A stretch of DNA of 64,000 nucleotides. Source: Podarcis erhardii. Taxonomy: Eukaryota. Made by a program: the position numbers and the translations under genes. Of the stretch, positions 35,547-49,774 are shown in pieces (the first letter of the stretch is position 1; each line of letters opens with the position of its first letter). The stretch is from the NCBI GenBank assembly GCA_964252035.1, contig OZ176200.1, one strand, 5' to 3'. Below the pieces are notes generated by a model. The model was given only the letters and a program-made list of their open reading frames with translations. It did no database searches and had not been told where the DNA came from.

Positions 35547-38206
35547 GTTTAATTTAATATGAAGAAGGGCTTCAGATGATAATTGCAGGTTCTGGGTCAG
35601 TTCATATCGGTTACTCTAACCATAGTTTGCCATGATATTCATATTGGAGAAATGATGGTTTATGTATTGTTTTATTTATCTATGACATTTAGAGTCTAAT
35701 CTTTGCCAAATGGCCGCAGGGTGAAAATATATAACATCATTAAAACACAATACAACAATAAAAAATCCACAGCTACTGCAAAAGTCTTTGGTTGTTATCA
35801 GAGTATCAGTAGTATTGGTGTTGATGCTAAGCACCAAACTATGATTTGAAGTCATGGTTTGAAGCAGGTTTGCAAACCATGGTTTGTTGGTTGATGCCAT
35901 AGCTAAACATACTCGCCATAGTTCATTGGTGGAGCATCTGCTATGCATGCAGAAGGTCCCAGGTTATGTCTCTGGTTAAAGGTTTTCAGGTTGCAGGGCT
36001 GGGGAAGATCCCAAAGAGCTGCTGCTACGCAAAGTAAACAATATTGAGCTCGATGAGCCAGTGCTCTGAATCAGTACATGTCGCTTTTATGTGTTATGTG
36101 TCCATTATCCCATCATTACCATCAATTTCCGTGGAGCTGCTTTGGAAAACTTATTGGTTGATTCATAGTGGTTTATGTTCATGTCCACAAGTGTGTCTAA
36201 GGCTTGACCTGATAAGAAAACAATCTTATTCAAGACTGTATCATTGTTGAGTATTGGGAGCTTAGCTTGGTGAGCTATATATGTGCCTTTTCTAATTCCC
36301 AAGGCTTACTAACCCATTTTATAAACCTTTGCATTGCTCTTTTGGCATATTACAGCAGGAAAAACCTCATTGCACCTGTGATACTGCAACGGTCTTTGAC
36401 ACTGTTACAGAGTCGTCGTCAACAGGCTCATCACAGCTATCTGCCAAACACCCATTCCCACCACCCTTCTGAGTAATACCCCTCCCCACCTTCTCACTAT
36501 ATAGAAGGGTCTGGTGACTTCTGTTTCAGTGTATCTGAAGAAGTGTGCATGCACACGAAAGCTCATACCAAGAACTAACTTAGTTGGTCTTTAAGGTGAT
36601 ACTGGAAGGAATTTTTTTATTTTGTTTGGTCTTTGACACTGTACTGTGCAGCTGTTGCAGTACCCCAGCACATGTGTGTGTAGGTGCAGAGGTTGTCTCC
36701 AGTGATGTTTCTCCATTGACAGAAGGCACTTTGATCCAGCAGAGGCTTCCCTCAGCTGCAGGAGGAGGCTGGTGATTTTCTCAAATTCCCCTAATCGCTG
36801 CCTGTGTTCCAAAAACATGGGATGCTTCAGAACAGCATGGAAGGTGGTGCTAGGGATTGTAGGGGAGCAGGGAATCGGCAAAAGTCATCTCCTTCTCTGT
36901 TCCACAGACGGAAGTCTTCACTGGTGTGAGGGGCAACCTTGGAAATAGGCACTTAAGCACTTGTTTATTGCAAGTTTTTTTTGTACTGCCTTTCACTATA
37001 AACATCCAAAGCATAGCAAGTCCTAGAGCTAAATGATCAGTGCATATTTCTGTGGACATAAATATATTTTGTCCAAAATCCGAGGTCAAAGCTTTCTGTA
37101 AATGGAAAGCACTTCCACCAAAATGAGATAATGATATAAAAAGGTAGAAAGTTTCCACCCCAGAGAATATTGAGCAGCAGTTTGTCTTAGTGCAAAAAAG
37201 CCACAGATTTTTACTCAAAAACAGAGTGAGTTTGTTGGCACAGAGTGTGTAAGAAAAAAAGGGGGGGCTGGCATGACTAAAAAGCAGGGTGTAAACTGTT
37301 ACATTGATTTAATCACTTTGTATGTATTGTGCTCATTTTTAATCTAGGTATTTTTTCCTTAGGTCAGAATTGTTAAGTTGTTGTTCATGTGACTTTACAA
37401 TTTTTGTATACATTTTTAATCTGTTTATTTCTATCATTTCATTCCCTGCTTGGGGATTGAACATATCCATTGAAGAGCAGGCTATGAATGCTGTCCAGTA
37501 AATAAATAAAGGTGATTGTCTCAAACAAGCAATCCTTCAATGCATATCTGATGGGGTACTGGCTGCTTCAGATGCCCTGCCGAACATTTGAATGAATTCT
37601 CAAGCGACATCTGTGTTACAAAGGCCTGCTTTGTTGGCAGTGCAGATGGACTTGAGGTGAGCATGATGCACACATTCTTGTTCAGATCTGTATCGGCATG
37701 TACCTGAAATGACTCTGGCATGTGAGAAACAACTAATGCAGCATTAAGTCCTGAAAGATCCCATAGCCTCTTTGTGGTAGTCTACTTCTAGTACTCCTCT
37801 TAATATTGTCTTGAAATGGTTCCTCTGCTGTCAGGGTACAGGAAAAGTAATGAATATGCACAGGGCTGGATCTGAGAAACCTGGCTACCTAGCATGGCGT
37901 GATGAAGCAGCACAGCCTCTGCACAGCTAAGGTGGAAGATTGGAGGGGAGGCAAAACCTTGCTCCATACTATACTGCAGTAATTTTGTCTGCCTGCACTT
38001 TCAGCTGGTAGAGTAGGAAGGTCCACAGTGGAGAAGTGATGCTGGCCTCAAACCATGGAGGTGATTTAATTTAGTCAGAGGAGGATCTGCCCCATCACAT
38101 TGTGGGTTTAGACTGCTGTTAGTTGCACTTGGGTCCCATTGAAATCAGTGAGACTTCACTTGCACATGACTAACTTTTCACGTTTGATGGTATCTAAGTG
38201 CAACTA

Positions 38207-38673
38207 AAGTGCATCTAAAGCTATGGTTTTCCCAGTAGTGATGTATGGAAGTGATGTATGGAAGAGAGCTGGACCATAAAGAGGGCTGATCGCCAAAGAA
38301 TTGATGCTTTTGAATTATGGTGCTGGGGGAGACTCTTGAGAGTCCCATGGATTGCAAGAAAATCAAACCTATCCATTCTTAAGGAAATCAGCCCTGAGTG
38401 CTCACTGGAAGGACAGATCCTGAAGCTGAAGCTCCAATACTTTGGCCACCTCATGAGAAGAGAAGACTCTCTGGAAAAGACCCTGATGTTGGGAAAGATT
38501 GAGGGCACAAGGAGAAGGGGACGACAGAAAACGAGATGGTTGGACAGTGTTCTCGAAGCTACCAGCATGAGTTTGACCAAACTGCGGGAGGCAGTGGAAG
38601 ACAGGAGTGCCTGGCGTTCTCTGGTCCATGGGGTCACGAAGAGTCGGACACGACTAAATGACTAAACAACAAC
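38207..38673 (+). mobile_element. RTE-BovB LINE 3' fragment
   Basis: ORF 38258-38665 ...RIDAFELWCWGRLLRVPW...LKLQYFGHLMRREDSLEKTLMLGKIEG...; 3' end cacgaagagtcggacacgact plus (CAA)n-type tail; near-TSD AAGTGCAACTA/AAGTGCGACTA. Confidence 0.92.
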
Positions 38674-39907
38674 AAGTGCGACTAGCTTAGCCTGGTTCCA
38701 ATACATAATGACTCTGTCTCACTGTTGCAGCTGTATTTATCTCAGTTAAGGAAGTCAGGAACGACTATTACTATACATGAAGTCACATAAAAAACATGAG
38801 TTCCAGAAGTGCAAACTTATTCCTGTTCTGGGCCTGAAGCATAAGAAGCAGCATGATTTATTACTGGGTTGTTGAAGAGCACCGCCTTTGGAACTATAAT
38901 TGTTTATTATAGGTTACAAAGGATTTTGATGATACTTGCATAGCAGCATGCTTTGCAATTAGTTTACAATGGAACATCTGATGAAGACTGCCATCCTGGA
39001 GAAATATGCATAATTTGTCTTTCTTTTTTTCTAATGAAATGCACATGTTTTGGCATAATGGCCGGGCTCAAATCTGTTCTCCTGGCTAACTGTCAGCATG
39101 CCCAGTGTTCATCAGACTGAGTCGAGAGCCACTGGAATTGTAAATACAACAGACAAGTCATTTTATGATATCGGACAGAGGAATTGAGCTTTGGCAGAGA
39201 TCCTGGAGCAGTTGCCATAGCTGTGTCTCAGAGCTGGTCTTTAGATCTATGTTTATCAAGCAAGATTAGTTAGCCTGGTTGATTATATACAGGAATAGGG
39301 TTTTTGTCGTCTTCTTCTCCTTCTCCTTCTTCTTCTCCAAATATTTGAGGCATTAAAACTCTCTAAAATTTGACACACCTTTATTTTTCCTCACTCCAAC
39401 TGCATTCTCAGTTCTTTTATGCAACAGCACTCCTTTTATATGACTATATTCCACATACAGCTTTCCAAAGTAGGTCTTGGGTTTCTATAAGGTGATTTAG
39501 AAGGCAGGGCTGGCCTTCTCAGGGGCAGATGCTGAGGAGAGGTGCTGGAGGACTGGGTTGTGTGTGCCACAGGAACTGCCTTTCCCCCTAAGCTAGCCTG
39601 TTGCCTTCAGGTGTGGTGGAGGATGCTGTCCCATTGCCAATGTTGGAATAAGATTCTGCTGGTCCCATTGGTTTCTATATGTAGAATGTGGGAGGAAGGC
39701 GCCTTTGGGAAGCAAAATGCCATTAGCCAGTTTTGAAAGACTGTTTGATTTGGATACAGGAGACATATATTCAAAATTTTGAACTGCTATGAAGCTGTGT
39801 TCAGCACAATGCCAGTATGCATGGTATTTAATGTACATTGCATAAGCAGGTTTCCTGCTCCATAGGCTGCACAGATTAAAAGAAAATGGGAAGAGAAGGC
39901 AGGACAG

Positions 39908-40028
39908 TGAGAATAGCTCAGTTGGTAGAGCATAGACTCTTAATCTCAGGGCTGTGGGTCCTTCATTGCAGGGGGTTGGGCTAGATGACCCTCATGGTCC
40001 CTTCGAATTCTACAATTCTATGATTCTA
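39908..40028 (+). mobile_element. tRNA-Lys(CTT)-derived SINE with CR1 3' tail
   Basis: tagctcagttggtagagcatagactcttaatctcaggg resembles tRNA-Lys and is fused directly to the CR1 terminus ttgcagggggttgggctagatgacc...attctatgattcta. Confidence 0.75.
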
Positions 40029-40169
40029 AGGGTAGCAGGAAAATACGTGCAAATCCACTTCGATGTACCCAGACTTGATTTCTGTAGGAGGCAAGGACTA
40101 AAAGGACTAAGCCACAGGTGTCACAGAAAAGACAAGTTTTGAAGAGAAAGAGTGAGGTTGATTCTAAAC

Positions 40170-40305
40170 CAGGCTTCCTCAACCTCGGCCCTCCAGATGT
40201 TTTGAGACTACAATTCCCATCATCTCTGACCACTTGTCCTGCTAGCTAGGGATCATGGGAGTTGTAGGCCAAAAACATCTGGAGGGCCAAGGTTGAGGAA
40301 GCCTG
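40170..40305. mobile_element. hAT MITE (136 bp)
   Basis: TIR CAGGCTTCCTCAACCT / AGGTTGAGGAAGCCTG; 8-bp TSD TTCTAAAC/TTCTATAT. Confidence 0.87.
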
Positions 40306-40814
40306 TTCTATATTCATGACCTAGGAGTGAATTTCCATCATAAGAATGAGTCTTGGATAAATGTGCTCCTCTCAGCTTGGCCTTTCTCACAGGTTATTGT
40401 GGAAGATGTATTCAGTTATAATTGTACAAGGATCTGTACATTTGCAATAGAAACGATGAATGGATATAATCCACATACGTTGTCTGTATACTAATTTTAA
40501 GGATAATTTGTTCTCTTTAGATTTTGTTCCATGGGCACAGAACTACTTGGAGGGCACACAGTGAAGTTGTTGTTGTTTATTGAATTTAGTTAGTATCTGA
40601 ACAATCAGATTTGGTTAATGAAGAATGTCGTTCCAGAAACATTTGTGTGAACCATGATAGTACATGAGCCTGTCACCCACTTAATGTGAATGAATGAGGG
40701 CAGTGGTGTAGAAGAATCCATTTGCCCAAATATAACCATCTAATTTCGGGGTGTGGTGTCCCCAACTTGCTCCATGCCCACCAGAATGTTCCTTGAGGAT
40801 AACTAAGTCACCAA

Positions 40815-40853
40815 GAGTCAGACACGACTAAACAACTAAACAACAAGAACAAC
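40815..40853 (+). mobile_element. 39-bp BovB-type 3'-terminal micro-insertion
   Basis: gagtcagacacgactaaacaactaaacaac matches the 3' end of the 38207-38673 copy; perfect 10-bp TSD AAGTCACCAA at 40805-40814 and 40854-40863. Confidence 0.8.
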
Positions 40854-41589
40854 AAGTCACCAATTGTCCCAGCATTCTTGGTACCTACTCCCACCAAACC
40901 ATGCTTGGACCTTTTATTACCATTCCATCTTATTCTACTCAAAAACATATGGCTCTCCTTCCACTCTGATCTAGGATATGGAGCAGTTTAAACATACTCA
41001 CTGCTCTTTCTTTCTGTTCCTATTGGGTCCAAGCTATAGGTTGCCTAAGTTGCTTCAGCTGAAGCATGAAGTCACTGGACTATTTCTATCTGCTTCACTG
41101 CTTTGTTTTAAAATCAGGTTGCTAATCAGGTCCCCTAATCAGTCACATTGTCATTGACGTTGCCAATTCTTCTTTTCTGCTTCCTGTAGAAAGGTATTGT
41201 GTAAATTGCTTAAACTGTATGTGACCTTTTCCTGTGAACTAAACAGAGAATATGCCTTTTGCTCCTAGTCATCATAGACTCCTGAATACTTGCAGGAACT
41301 GAATTTTCATATGTCCAGGAGAACTTCATTATGAAAATATAATGACAGTATGTTTCAAAATCCACAAGGAAATACAAATGCAAGGGGGTAGATTTGCAGG
41401 GCAGAATTTTCAGGGTGAGTGCATCTGCATTTCTTCCTTCACTCCCTTTCCCCAAGCCATTGCCTTAGCCACGGTCTTGGTAGTCTTGTTTCTAGTTTTG
41501 GAGCTCAGCTGGTGGGGGGCTAGTTCTTCCAAGATCTGTGTTTGATACACCGCACAGCCCTTCCCAACAGTCATTGGCGGAAGGAGGTT

Positions 41590-41727
41590 GAGGACTCTCA
41601 TTCACTGGAGGTTTTTAAGCAGAGGTTGGATGGCCAACTGTCTTGGATGCTTTAGTTGAGATTCCTGCATTGCAGGGGGTTGGACTAGATGATGGTTTGG
41701 GTCCCTTCCAACTCTACAATTCTATGA
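41590..41727 (+). mobile_element. CR1 3' fragment
   Basis: gagattcctgcattgcagggggttggactagatga...ccttccaactctacaattctatga terminus. Confidence 0.8.
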
Positions 41728-41741
41728 AGGGCTATCAAGTA

Positions 41742-42270
41742 CCGTATTTTTCGCCCTAAAGGATGCACTTTTCCCCCTCCAAAAATGAAGGGGAAATGTG
41801 GGTGTGTCCTATGGGGCGAATACAGGCTTTCGCTGAAGCCTGGAGAGCGAGAGGCTCTCGCTCTCCAGGATTCAGGAAGCTCTGCGCAACCCTCTGGAGC
41901 CCAGCGCGAAGCAGCGCAAGCCTCCGGAGGGTCATGGAGAGCTGCCTGCCCTCCCGGGGTCTGCGCAGCTCTGCGCGACCCTCTGGAGCCCGGCGCCAAG
42001 CTGCGCCGGGCTCCGGAGGGTTGCACAGAGCTGCCTGCATTAGGAAGCCTCAGCACGCCCGGGCTTTGCACAGCTGTCCGCAATCCTGGGGAGACCAGCG
42101 TGGCTCCCTAGGCTTGCGGATAGCAGGCTCTGCTGGGGTCGGGGGAAGCTCGGGCTTCCCCCGCGCCAGCCCCGTGCCTGGGGGGGAAATAATTTTTTTT
42201 CTTTATTTCCCCCCCCAAAAAACTAGGTGCGTCCTATAGGGCAGTGCGTCCTATAGGGTGAAAAATACGG
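41742..42270. mobile_element. Tc1/mariner (Tc2-like) non-autonomous element, CpG-rich
   Basis: TIR CCGTATTTTTCGCCCTA / TAGGGTGAAAAATACGG, TA TSD; internal repeated palindromic units. Confidence 0.82.
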
Positions 42271-43397
42271 TATTTATTTTCATGCAAACTGTCCCAGGTA
42301 TTCAGCCTTGGCAACTCCAGACAGACCTGGGAGAAGTTCATTGTCTGAAACCTTGGACAGTTTCCGAGTGTACAGAGTAGCACAACTTACATGTTAGTAG
42401 AATATGATTGTCATGCACTTTTACCCTCAACCATGACATTGCTCCTATCTGTGTCACGCACTGTGTCTGTAAAGAAACCCTGATGTGTGTGAGCTGCTTC
42501 TTCACAACCAGGTGCTCTGATCATGTGGAGCCCCCTACTCCTAGGGAGCTCATATTTTGGTTTTTGGTTGTTGCAGGAAGCAGGGCTGATGTCAGGGGTG
42601 TGGCTAAAATGTGGCTCTGCTCCAAGTCAACATGCCATTGAAATCCACACAAGCAATGATTGGATAGGTCTAATATTGCTCTAGGTGGACTAGTGGCCTG
42701 ATTTGGTATAAGGCAACTCCCTATCCCTGTGTTCCAAAACCAGTATAATTTGCTTATGTGTTTTAATTCAATTATTTTCACCCCCAGAAATGTGTGGTTT
42801 TTTAAAAAAATGAATAATGCATTAAAAATGTCCCTAATGAATGGAAAGGCACGGATGTTCATTACACTGATTGATGCAGGCAAGTGCGTTTGCTGAAAGG
42901 CAAACCTGTTTGTTTGCAGAAGGAATTCCAGGTGTCTAATTGAGTTAACAATTTACTTTGGTATCTTTATTTCCTTCTAGAATCAGCTGCTTCAGTAAAT
43001 GTCATTCTTCAAAAGCTCATGGGCAAGAGGGAATGAAAACGCCGGTCTTGCTAGGGGCTCCAGTTTATGCATAGATCTTCCATCTTGGGTCAGACAGAAA
43101 ATTAATCGTATGTTAGCAGGAAGTTAAATTAATGAATAGTTCTGCTATTATAGGTTCTGATTTTGCAGTCTGTGTTAAAAGTATGGATGCTGTTGGCAGC
43201 TTGAATGGAAAGCTGTGCCAACCCTGCTTTCATTGCTTTGCATTGGTGTTCCTGTGCCTATTGCCTGTATTTTGCTTCCTAAGCTCTCTGTCCCTGATCA
43301 GCAACCCACAGCCACTTCTTGTCCTGGAACCCCTGCAGAGAACACCCACTCCCTGTCTGAGACCCTGGAGAGCTACTGCCAGTCAGTGTCAGCAGTA

Positions 43398-43885
43398 CAG
43401 TGGTACCTTGGTTCTCAAACTTAAACCGTTCCGGAATTCCTTTGCAAAACCAAAATGTTCCAAAACCAAGGCGCGCTTTCCCATAGAAAGTAATGCAAAA
43501 TGGATTAATCCGTTCCAGACTTTTAAAAACAACCCCTAAAACAGTAATTCAACATGAAATCTTCTATCTAACAAGACCATTGATCCATAAAATGAAAGCA
43601 ATAATTAATGTACTGCAGTCACACAATAATCAATCAGTCAGTCATTGCCTGAACTGGGTTCCACACAGTCACAAAAACAAAAGAGACACAAAAACGCAAA
43701 ATAAATAGCAAAACCAGACAGACCTCATCGTAACAATCAAAATGGAAGTTTGGAACTCAAAACGGAAGCGTAGCACTCAAAATGGAACACATTCGGCTTC
43801 TGCAAAAAGTTCGCAAACCGGAACACTTACTTCCGGGTTCCAAGTTGTTTGAGTACCAAGGTGCTTGAGAACCAAGGTACCACTG
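43398..43885. mobile_element. Tc1/mariner (Tigger-like) non-autonomous element, 488 bp
   Basis: TIR CAGTGGTACCTTGGTTCTCAA / TTGAGAACCAAGGTACCACTG, TA TSD. Confidence 0.88.
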
Positions 43886-44139
43886 TACTGAACTAAATGG
43901 ACTAATGGCCTGACTTAGCTTCCTATGACACCCTTTTTTTTGGCAACAAAAATAATTCTTTAGTTTCGTTAATTAAAATTAGATATTATACAAACTAGTA
44001 GTGAACATGCATGCATTGTAGTTTGCATAAGTGGATGTAGGCACACCCTTAGCTCACTGACTTTGATCCAGAGAAATGCTCTATTTGGTTCCCCATTACT
44101 TTTGCCTTTGTTTTTCAAACAGTGATATCTTATGGGCAG

Positions 44140-44174
<35 letters not shown>
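44140..44174. repeat. (TGC)n microsatellite
   Basis: Direct inspection. Confidence 0.95.
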
Positions 44175-44176
<2 letters not shown>

Positions 44177-46068
44177 TGGAAAACAAAATCTGCACCCCCT
44201 TCCCATTTGGGCCAACTCTTCTTCTTGCTCTCACGGACGTGCTGGAACACAAGCGTTATTTCGTAACAGGTTTCGTTGAAACTGCTGCGACTTCCTCCCA
44301 TGTAAATGGGACTTAATTCCACTTAATACGTGCTGGATCAAGGTCTGGTGCAAGCACTCATTTGTAGCAACGAAAGCAATTTTTTGGCTATAAAAACCGA
44401 TTACTGCCAGCTAATATTTTCATCAAAATAATCGCTTCGCTGATTGCAGTGTTTAGTTATGACTGTGTGCTTGGCGGCATTCGACTTAAGACTAGAGTCT
44501 GCTTTATTGCCTGAGATACATATAGGTAATGCTGCTAATTGTATTTACAATAGCGCCCGGGATGTAGTATAGATGAGGGATAGCATTGTACGAAGCACTT
44601 CACAAAGAGATTGGGAGATAGATAGGCAAGCCGGCATGCTTTGTGCTCACGGTCTGATTCTGTGAGCATTTAAACAATTGTCAGACACTTAAGTATGAAG
44701 CAAGGCCTTGATGTGATAAGCTCTACCTCGCCTGGGGGGGAACTTCTGCTTGTTGAGACCTTGGCTGATAGCATAGCTTCTTGAAAGTTCCCCTAGGCCT
44801 TCAGGGGACTCTCCTGTGAAGTGTGGGCTTACGTGGCCCATGGAAACAAAAGGTGAATGTCGTAAGTAGGAGCTTCATTCCTTCTTACCCACATAGTGTA
44901 GTCTAGTCCATTTTGAAGGTTCAGTTTGCTTGGGAGGATGAGGCATATTAGTCCTTTTGGTGCCATCGTGAAAACCCACCCCCAGTTTACAGGCCAAGAA
45001 GCAATGGTTCAGAAGAAGCATCAGTGAGCACAGAGTGTGCTGTTCTAAAGCAGACTTAGTGCAGGCTCCAGAGTTCAGTGAGCTATAATAACTGCTGGCA
45101 GTTTCTACCGTGCTTCTTGTACCAGCACCCAACCAGCACTATTTCAGAGCAATTGGCTTCTTTAAAAGAGGATTAGACAAAAGGATAAGGCTATTAATGG
45201 CTGCTAGACACAATGTTCAGCTTCCATTGTCAGAAGCAGGATGCTTCTTCTGAATGGTAGTTCCTGGGAATCACAAGTGCGGAGAGCACTGTTGCAGGCA
45301 GCGTTCAAAATTCACCAGGTGCCAGGCACATTTTGCACTTGGCTGCTGGCCACTTGTGACCAAGTGAAGATGCCCAGACACCAAGGATGATGCCATATGG
45401 AGGTGCGTGCCTGGGGATCCTTGGATCTTGACTGTTTTCACACACTAGCAACACCTCCTGTATAATTATATCTGCACAATCAGAATGAATTTCAGGAGCC
45501 CCAAAGTCTTATTGAAGAATGCATACAACTTTCAAGCCACCAGGCTCAAGAATGGCAACTAGGCATTCCGTTTTGGCAATTGTAACCCTGGTTGGCTGTT
45601 GCGAGAACAGGATACTGGAGTTAATGGGCCATTGGCCTGATTCAGCAGGCTCTTATGGTGTTTCTTCAGACTTATCCCCCTTTGCATCCCATATCACGGG
45701 TCAGTCAAGCTGGCCTTGGGCACTCATTTAAATTGCCACAGTTCCATTTTCTTCCGAACTCAAAGGGGAGAATGGGAGCCTTTTCCACTGGAGTCACCTT
45801 GTAATATTAGGAATGTGTGGGAGAGATGTTCTCTCCACCCAAAAGAAGAGCTGCTGGATAAGGCCACTGGCCCCTCTGGTCTAGCATTCTGTGGGGAGTC
45901 TTGTGGATGCTTTGCTTGACTGCTGCTTGTTCTAATGTGGTATCTCTCTTTTTAACCTGAGGTATGGCCTGTTCTCAAGTGCACATGTAACGTGAGCACA
46001 TAAAACATAGTCGTCTTTGCTGTCAGATGGTGGCAGCATCTCTCCAGGGTCACTGTCCAAAGGACAAA

Positions 46069-46069
<1 letters not shown>

Positions 46070-46114
<45 letters not shown>
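46070..46114. repeat. (TG)n microsatellite
   Basis: Direct inspection. Confidence 0.95.
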
Positions 46115-46116
<2 letters not shown>

Positions 46117-49100
46117 ATTGGCAGGGGGAAACTATGTTCCTTCTTGGGTTGAGAGATTAATCCTCTTGCTTTCTTCGTGTAGCAGTTTCCGACATGATCG
46201 ATGAACTAGGAAATAATCAGGATTCCTCCATGGTAGGTTATACATCTTAAGACATTTATTTCCCATTGATTACACAGGTAACACCAATGTGCCATTGATA
46301 TAAATCTCATTGCATTAGCAACAGACTTGACCCCCTATCTAGTCTAGAGCTGGATTTTATAGCATGGCTCGAACGCAATCACTTTTCAAGTGAGGTAGGA
46401 GAGGTTTATTATTAACAACAAGCAATATGCCCGTCATTATGACGTGTAAAAAGGTCTTGTTTAGTTCACAGAGGTGACTTTCACCCATTTGCATTGTTTT
46501 CCCCCTTTATAGGGGAGAAAGTAAAGGGGTGCCCTTGAGAATGATCCCAAGCCTGCTTCTAACTGCATGGCCACAAACATACCTTTATCCTAGGTTCTGT
46601 TTTGTGGTCACACTAGACTCTATAATAAGCCTCATAATCAGAGACCAGTATCACACTCTAGAGACTAGACAGTAATGCTTGGGCTCTTGATAGTCCTCTG
46701 TTAACCTAACCTACCTCACAGGGTTGGTGTAAGATAAAATGGATTGGGGGGGGGACCATGTATTCCTCCTTAATTTCCTTGAAGGTGGGATATAAATGTA
46801 ATTGATGATGATGATAGGTGGCTGGTAGATCATTTTTGTTCTTTCTAACATTCATGGAGCTGCAGAAATGTGCAGTGTGTGTCATACAGAGATCAGATGT
46901 TATTTGGGTCCTTCCCATGTAAAGATATAACTGGTAAAGTAAATCCCATTGAAATCAGTATGATGTATTTTCAAAAGAGGCTGATGGGTTGGACCTTAAG
47001 AACATGGATGGAAAAAAGGCAAATAATGATGTCGGGGCTGGAATATGAGGGCTGTGGAACCTGTGGTCTTTCAGGTAATTTTAGACACACCCCAACTGTC
47101 ATCAGCTCCAGCAAGGGATGGTGGGAGGCAGTCCAACAATGCCTGGAAGGCTGCAGGTTCCCTATTTTTGACTGTTTGGAAGACTAGCAAGAATGACGAT
47201 GTGGTGGCAGAAAGTACTAGTGGACCAATATACGACTCTCAAAAACCAGATGGGTTTTTGTGGAAGAAACTGAATTTTAAGGAAAAAAAACTTTTAAGGA
47301 AAGTGAGTTAGAGTTGATTAATGTTTGTTTATGTAAACTCATGTACTTTTCATACCTAAGCTTAGAAAGAAAAAAAGCACACATCACCTCAATTGTGCCC
47401 ATTGCCTGTACAATGAAACAGTTCGATTACTTTACGCAGAGAAGGGAGGCCCAATCCTTTCCCAGCAGCTTCTTCTGTGGTTAATTATAAGTGTGGCCAT
47501 TCTCAATTGCACAGGTACATACGTTTTGCCATTTAAAGCTCAGAAACTTGGATCCACCTTTAAAAATAAAATACAAATTAACTGTTAGCCATGTGCATCA
47601 TGCAATTGTTGGATGGAGCATTTTCCTAGAATAATTGCGGAGGCTGTGCAAATATGAACTTCTGTAGTTTCTTGTGTGCACTTTACTATGTGCAGAATTT
47701 GGTGTCGGATTTTGGTATGTTCAGTAATCTTGGCCTATGGCTAATGTACTGTTTCAGGTATCATCCAATCTTGATTTGCTTTTGAACTCTTGCCACTAGC
47801 TTGTTGAAAAATCGCTTACTTTCCCTGGGTTTTCACCTCTGAAGTGATTAATGATAATCAATCACAAGAAGCCCTTGGGAATTACTTTGTACTTATTTTG
47901 CTTCCTGAATCTGAATATTTCAAAGTCGAGCAATTGGATTGTCATTTTGTTCTTGCGGGTTTGTTTTTTCCCTTTGCATTTTTGTATTTTTCCCCTCCGA
48001 GTTTCTGCTTTGCTGAATTAAGACTCTGTGCATGTTCCATGATCCTACACATCTGGAGAGTGATTGGCATGGGGTCAACAGAGACCTCCTTTCTTCTCTC
48101 TCTTCCTCACCTGGCTGTTAACTCTGTGCCCTGAGCCTTCTAGTGATTCACTTCCATGGCATCCACAGGTGAATCAGGCATGACTTCATTTCTTAAAACA
48201 AAACATAAGAAATCTTTGATAATTTGTATTAACTGGGGAATATTCAGTAACAAAAAAATTGCCATCATTTAGGCACTTTCAGACCAATTGTTTCCACCCA
48301 CCCCATATATTAATCTGTACTGTTACCTGCGAGCATCTGTCTCATGGAGAACTACCTGGTGGAGTTCTCCTATGGAAAATGACCTAATGGAAGATACTCT
48401 AGTGATGTTTCAATGACATCAGGACATGGGGCCCCTTCCAGGCCTGCAGTTCTACTCAGAAGCAGATTGAAGCATGGAAATCTGCTTGCAATGGCTATCC
48501 CCTTCCTCCTAAGTAGAAATGCTGCCAGGGAATGGACCAGACATCACAAAGCATCTTCTTCCTCCTCCTTCTCCTGGGTGCATCTGCTGGTGGGAATGGA
48601 CCCAGCTACAGTCCGCCAGTGGAGCTATACCTCTGACCTACCAGCAGATCCACCTGCAAGGAAGCACTGTTGCTATAGTATCCCCAGGTAGGGCTGGGAG
48701 ACAGTCCTGTCTGGCTATAGCAGCAGCTCTCCAGGATTCCAGCATAGGCTACACTGATGAGCTATTGATCTGACACAGTATAAGGCAGATTCTTAGGTTC
48801 CTGTGACTGGAGCTGCAAATGAAATAATTGGCTGGGACCCTCCCCAGGGTAGCACTTAAACGCAAACAATTCCTGTGCTGGTTTTTGTTTGTTTGTTTGT
48901 TTCGCATTTGTGGATTGCATACATTCAAAGAGTTGCAGGAAAGCTTATAGGATCAAAGGGAGACAGGGCATACTTACCCTTTTTAAAACCAGACTGAAAA
49001 TCTCTGATGCTTTAGTTTCAATTTGGTGATATTGCTGATAAAACACACTTTTCGTACTTCTTACGGACATATAGCACCATCTTCTATGTGCCTTACACTT

Positions 49101-49774
49101 TACAAAAAACAGGCAGGACAGGTCCTTGTCAAGTGGGACTTTTATCAATTAATTACTGTATTAATGTTACTAGAACCAGATCAGGGCCAGTGGTTTTTAA
49201 ACATAGAACCTCACGTTGCCATCTCTAGGTATGCATATTTACTTTAAATGGCACCTCAGAAGGCATTAATTAATTGATACATCAGCTGTGCCAGTATTCT
49301 GTTGGGTGATTAATAAAACAGAATTATAAAGTTCTAAATGCTTGCAGGGACTGCTGAAAAATTCAGCAACCACACATTTCCCTGCTGCTGTATAGATATA
49401 ACTTACACATATATAGATATACTTAAAATAACCTGAAGCAGATTCCTTTTAAGGTTATGACTCTATTCCGTGTTGAAACAGGGAGAAGATCACATACCTT
49501 TTAAGCATTCTTATACCACCTTAACAGCCACGGCTTCCCTCAAAGAATTCTGGGCAGCATAATTTTGTAAGGGTGCTGAGAGTTGTTAAGAGATGCCCTC
49601 ACAGAGCTACTGTTCCCAGCACCCTTAAACTACAGCTCCCAGGAAGCCATGACTGTGGGTGATATAAGAATGCCTTTTAGATGTTTGGTGAGGATATGAC
49701 TCTTGGAAGTGAGGAATTGGCAAACAGTCCTTAGAGAAACACCAACCCCCACTTAAATAGACTGCTTCCTGGTA

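Noticed and set aside
39908-39960. Possible tRNA-Lys gene
   Set aside because: The T-arm/acceptor 3' half is missing and the sequence is fused to a CR1 tail; it is a SINE head.
41685-42239. Cluster of 94-158 aa ORFs
   Set aside because: All lie inside a GC-rich non-autonomous TcMar element and show no transposase motifs.
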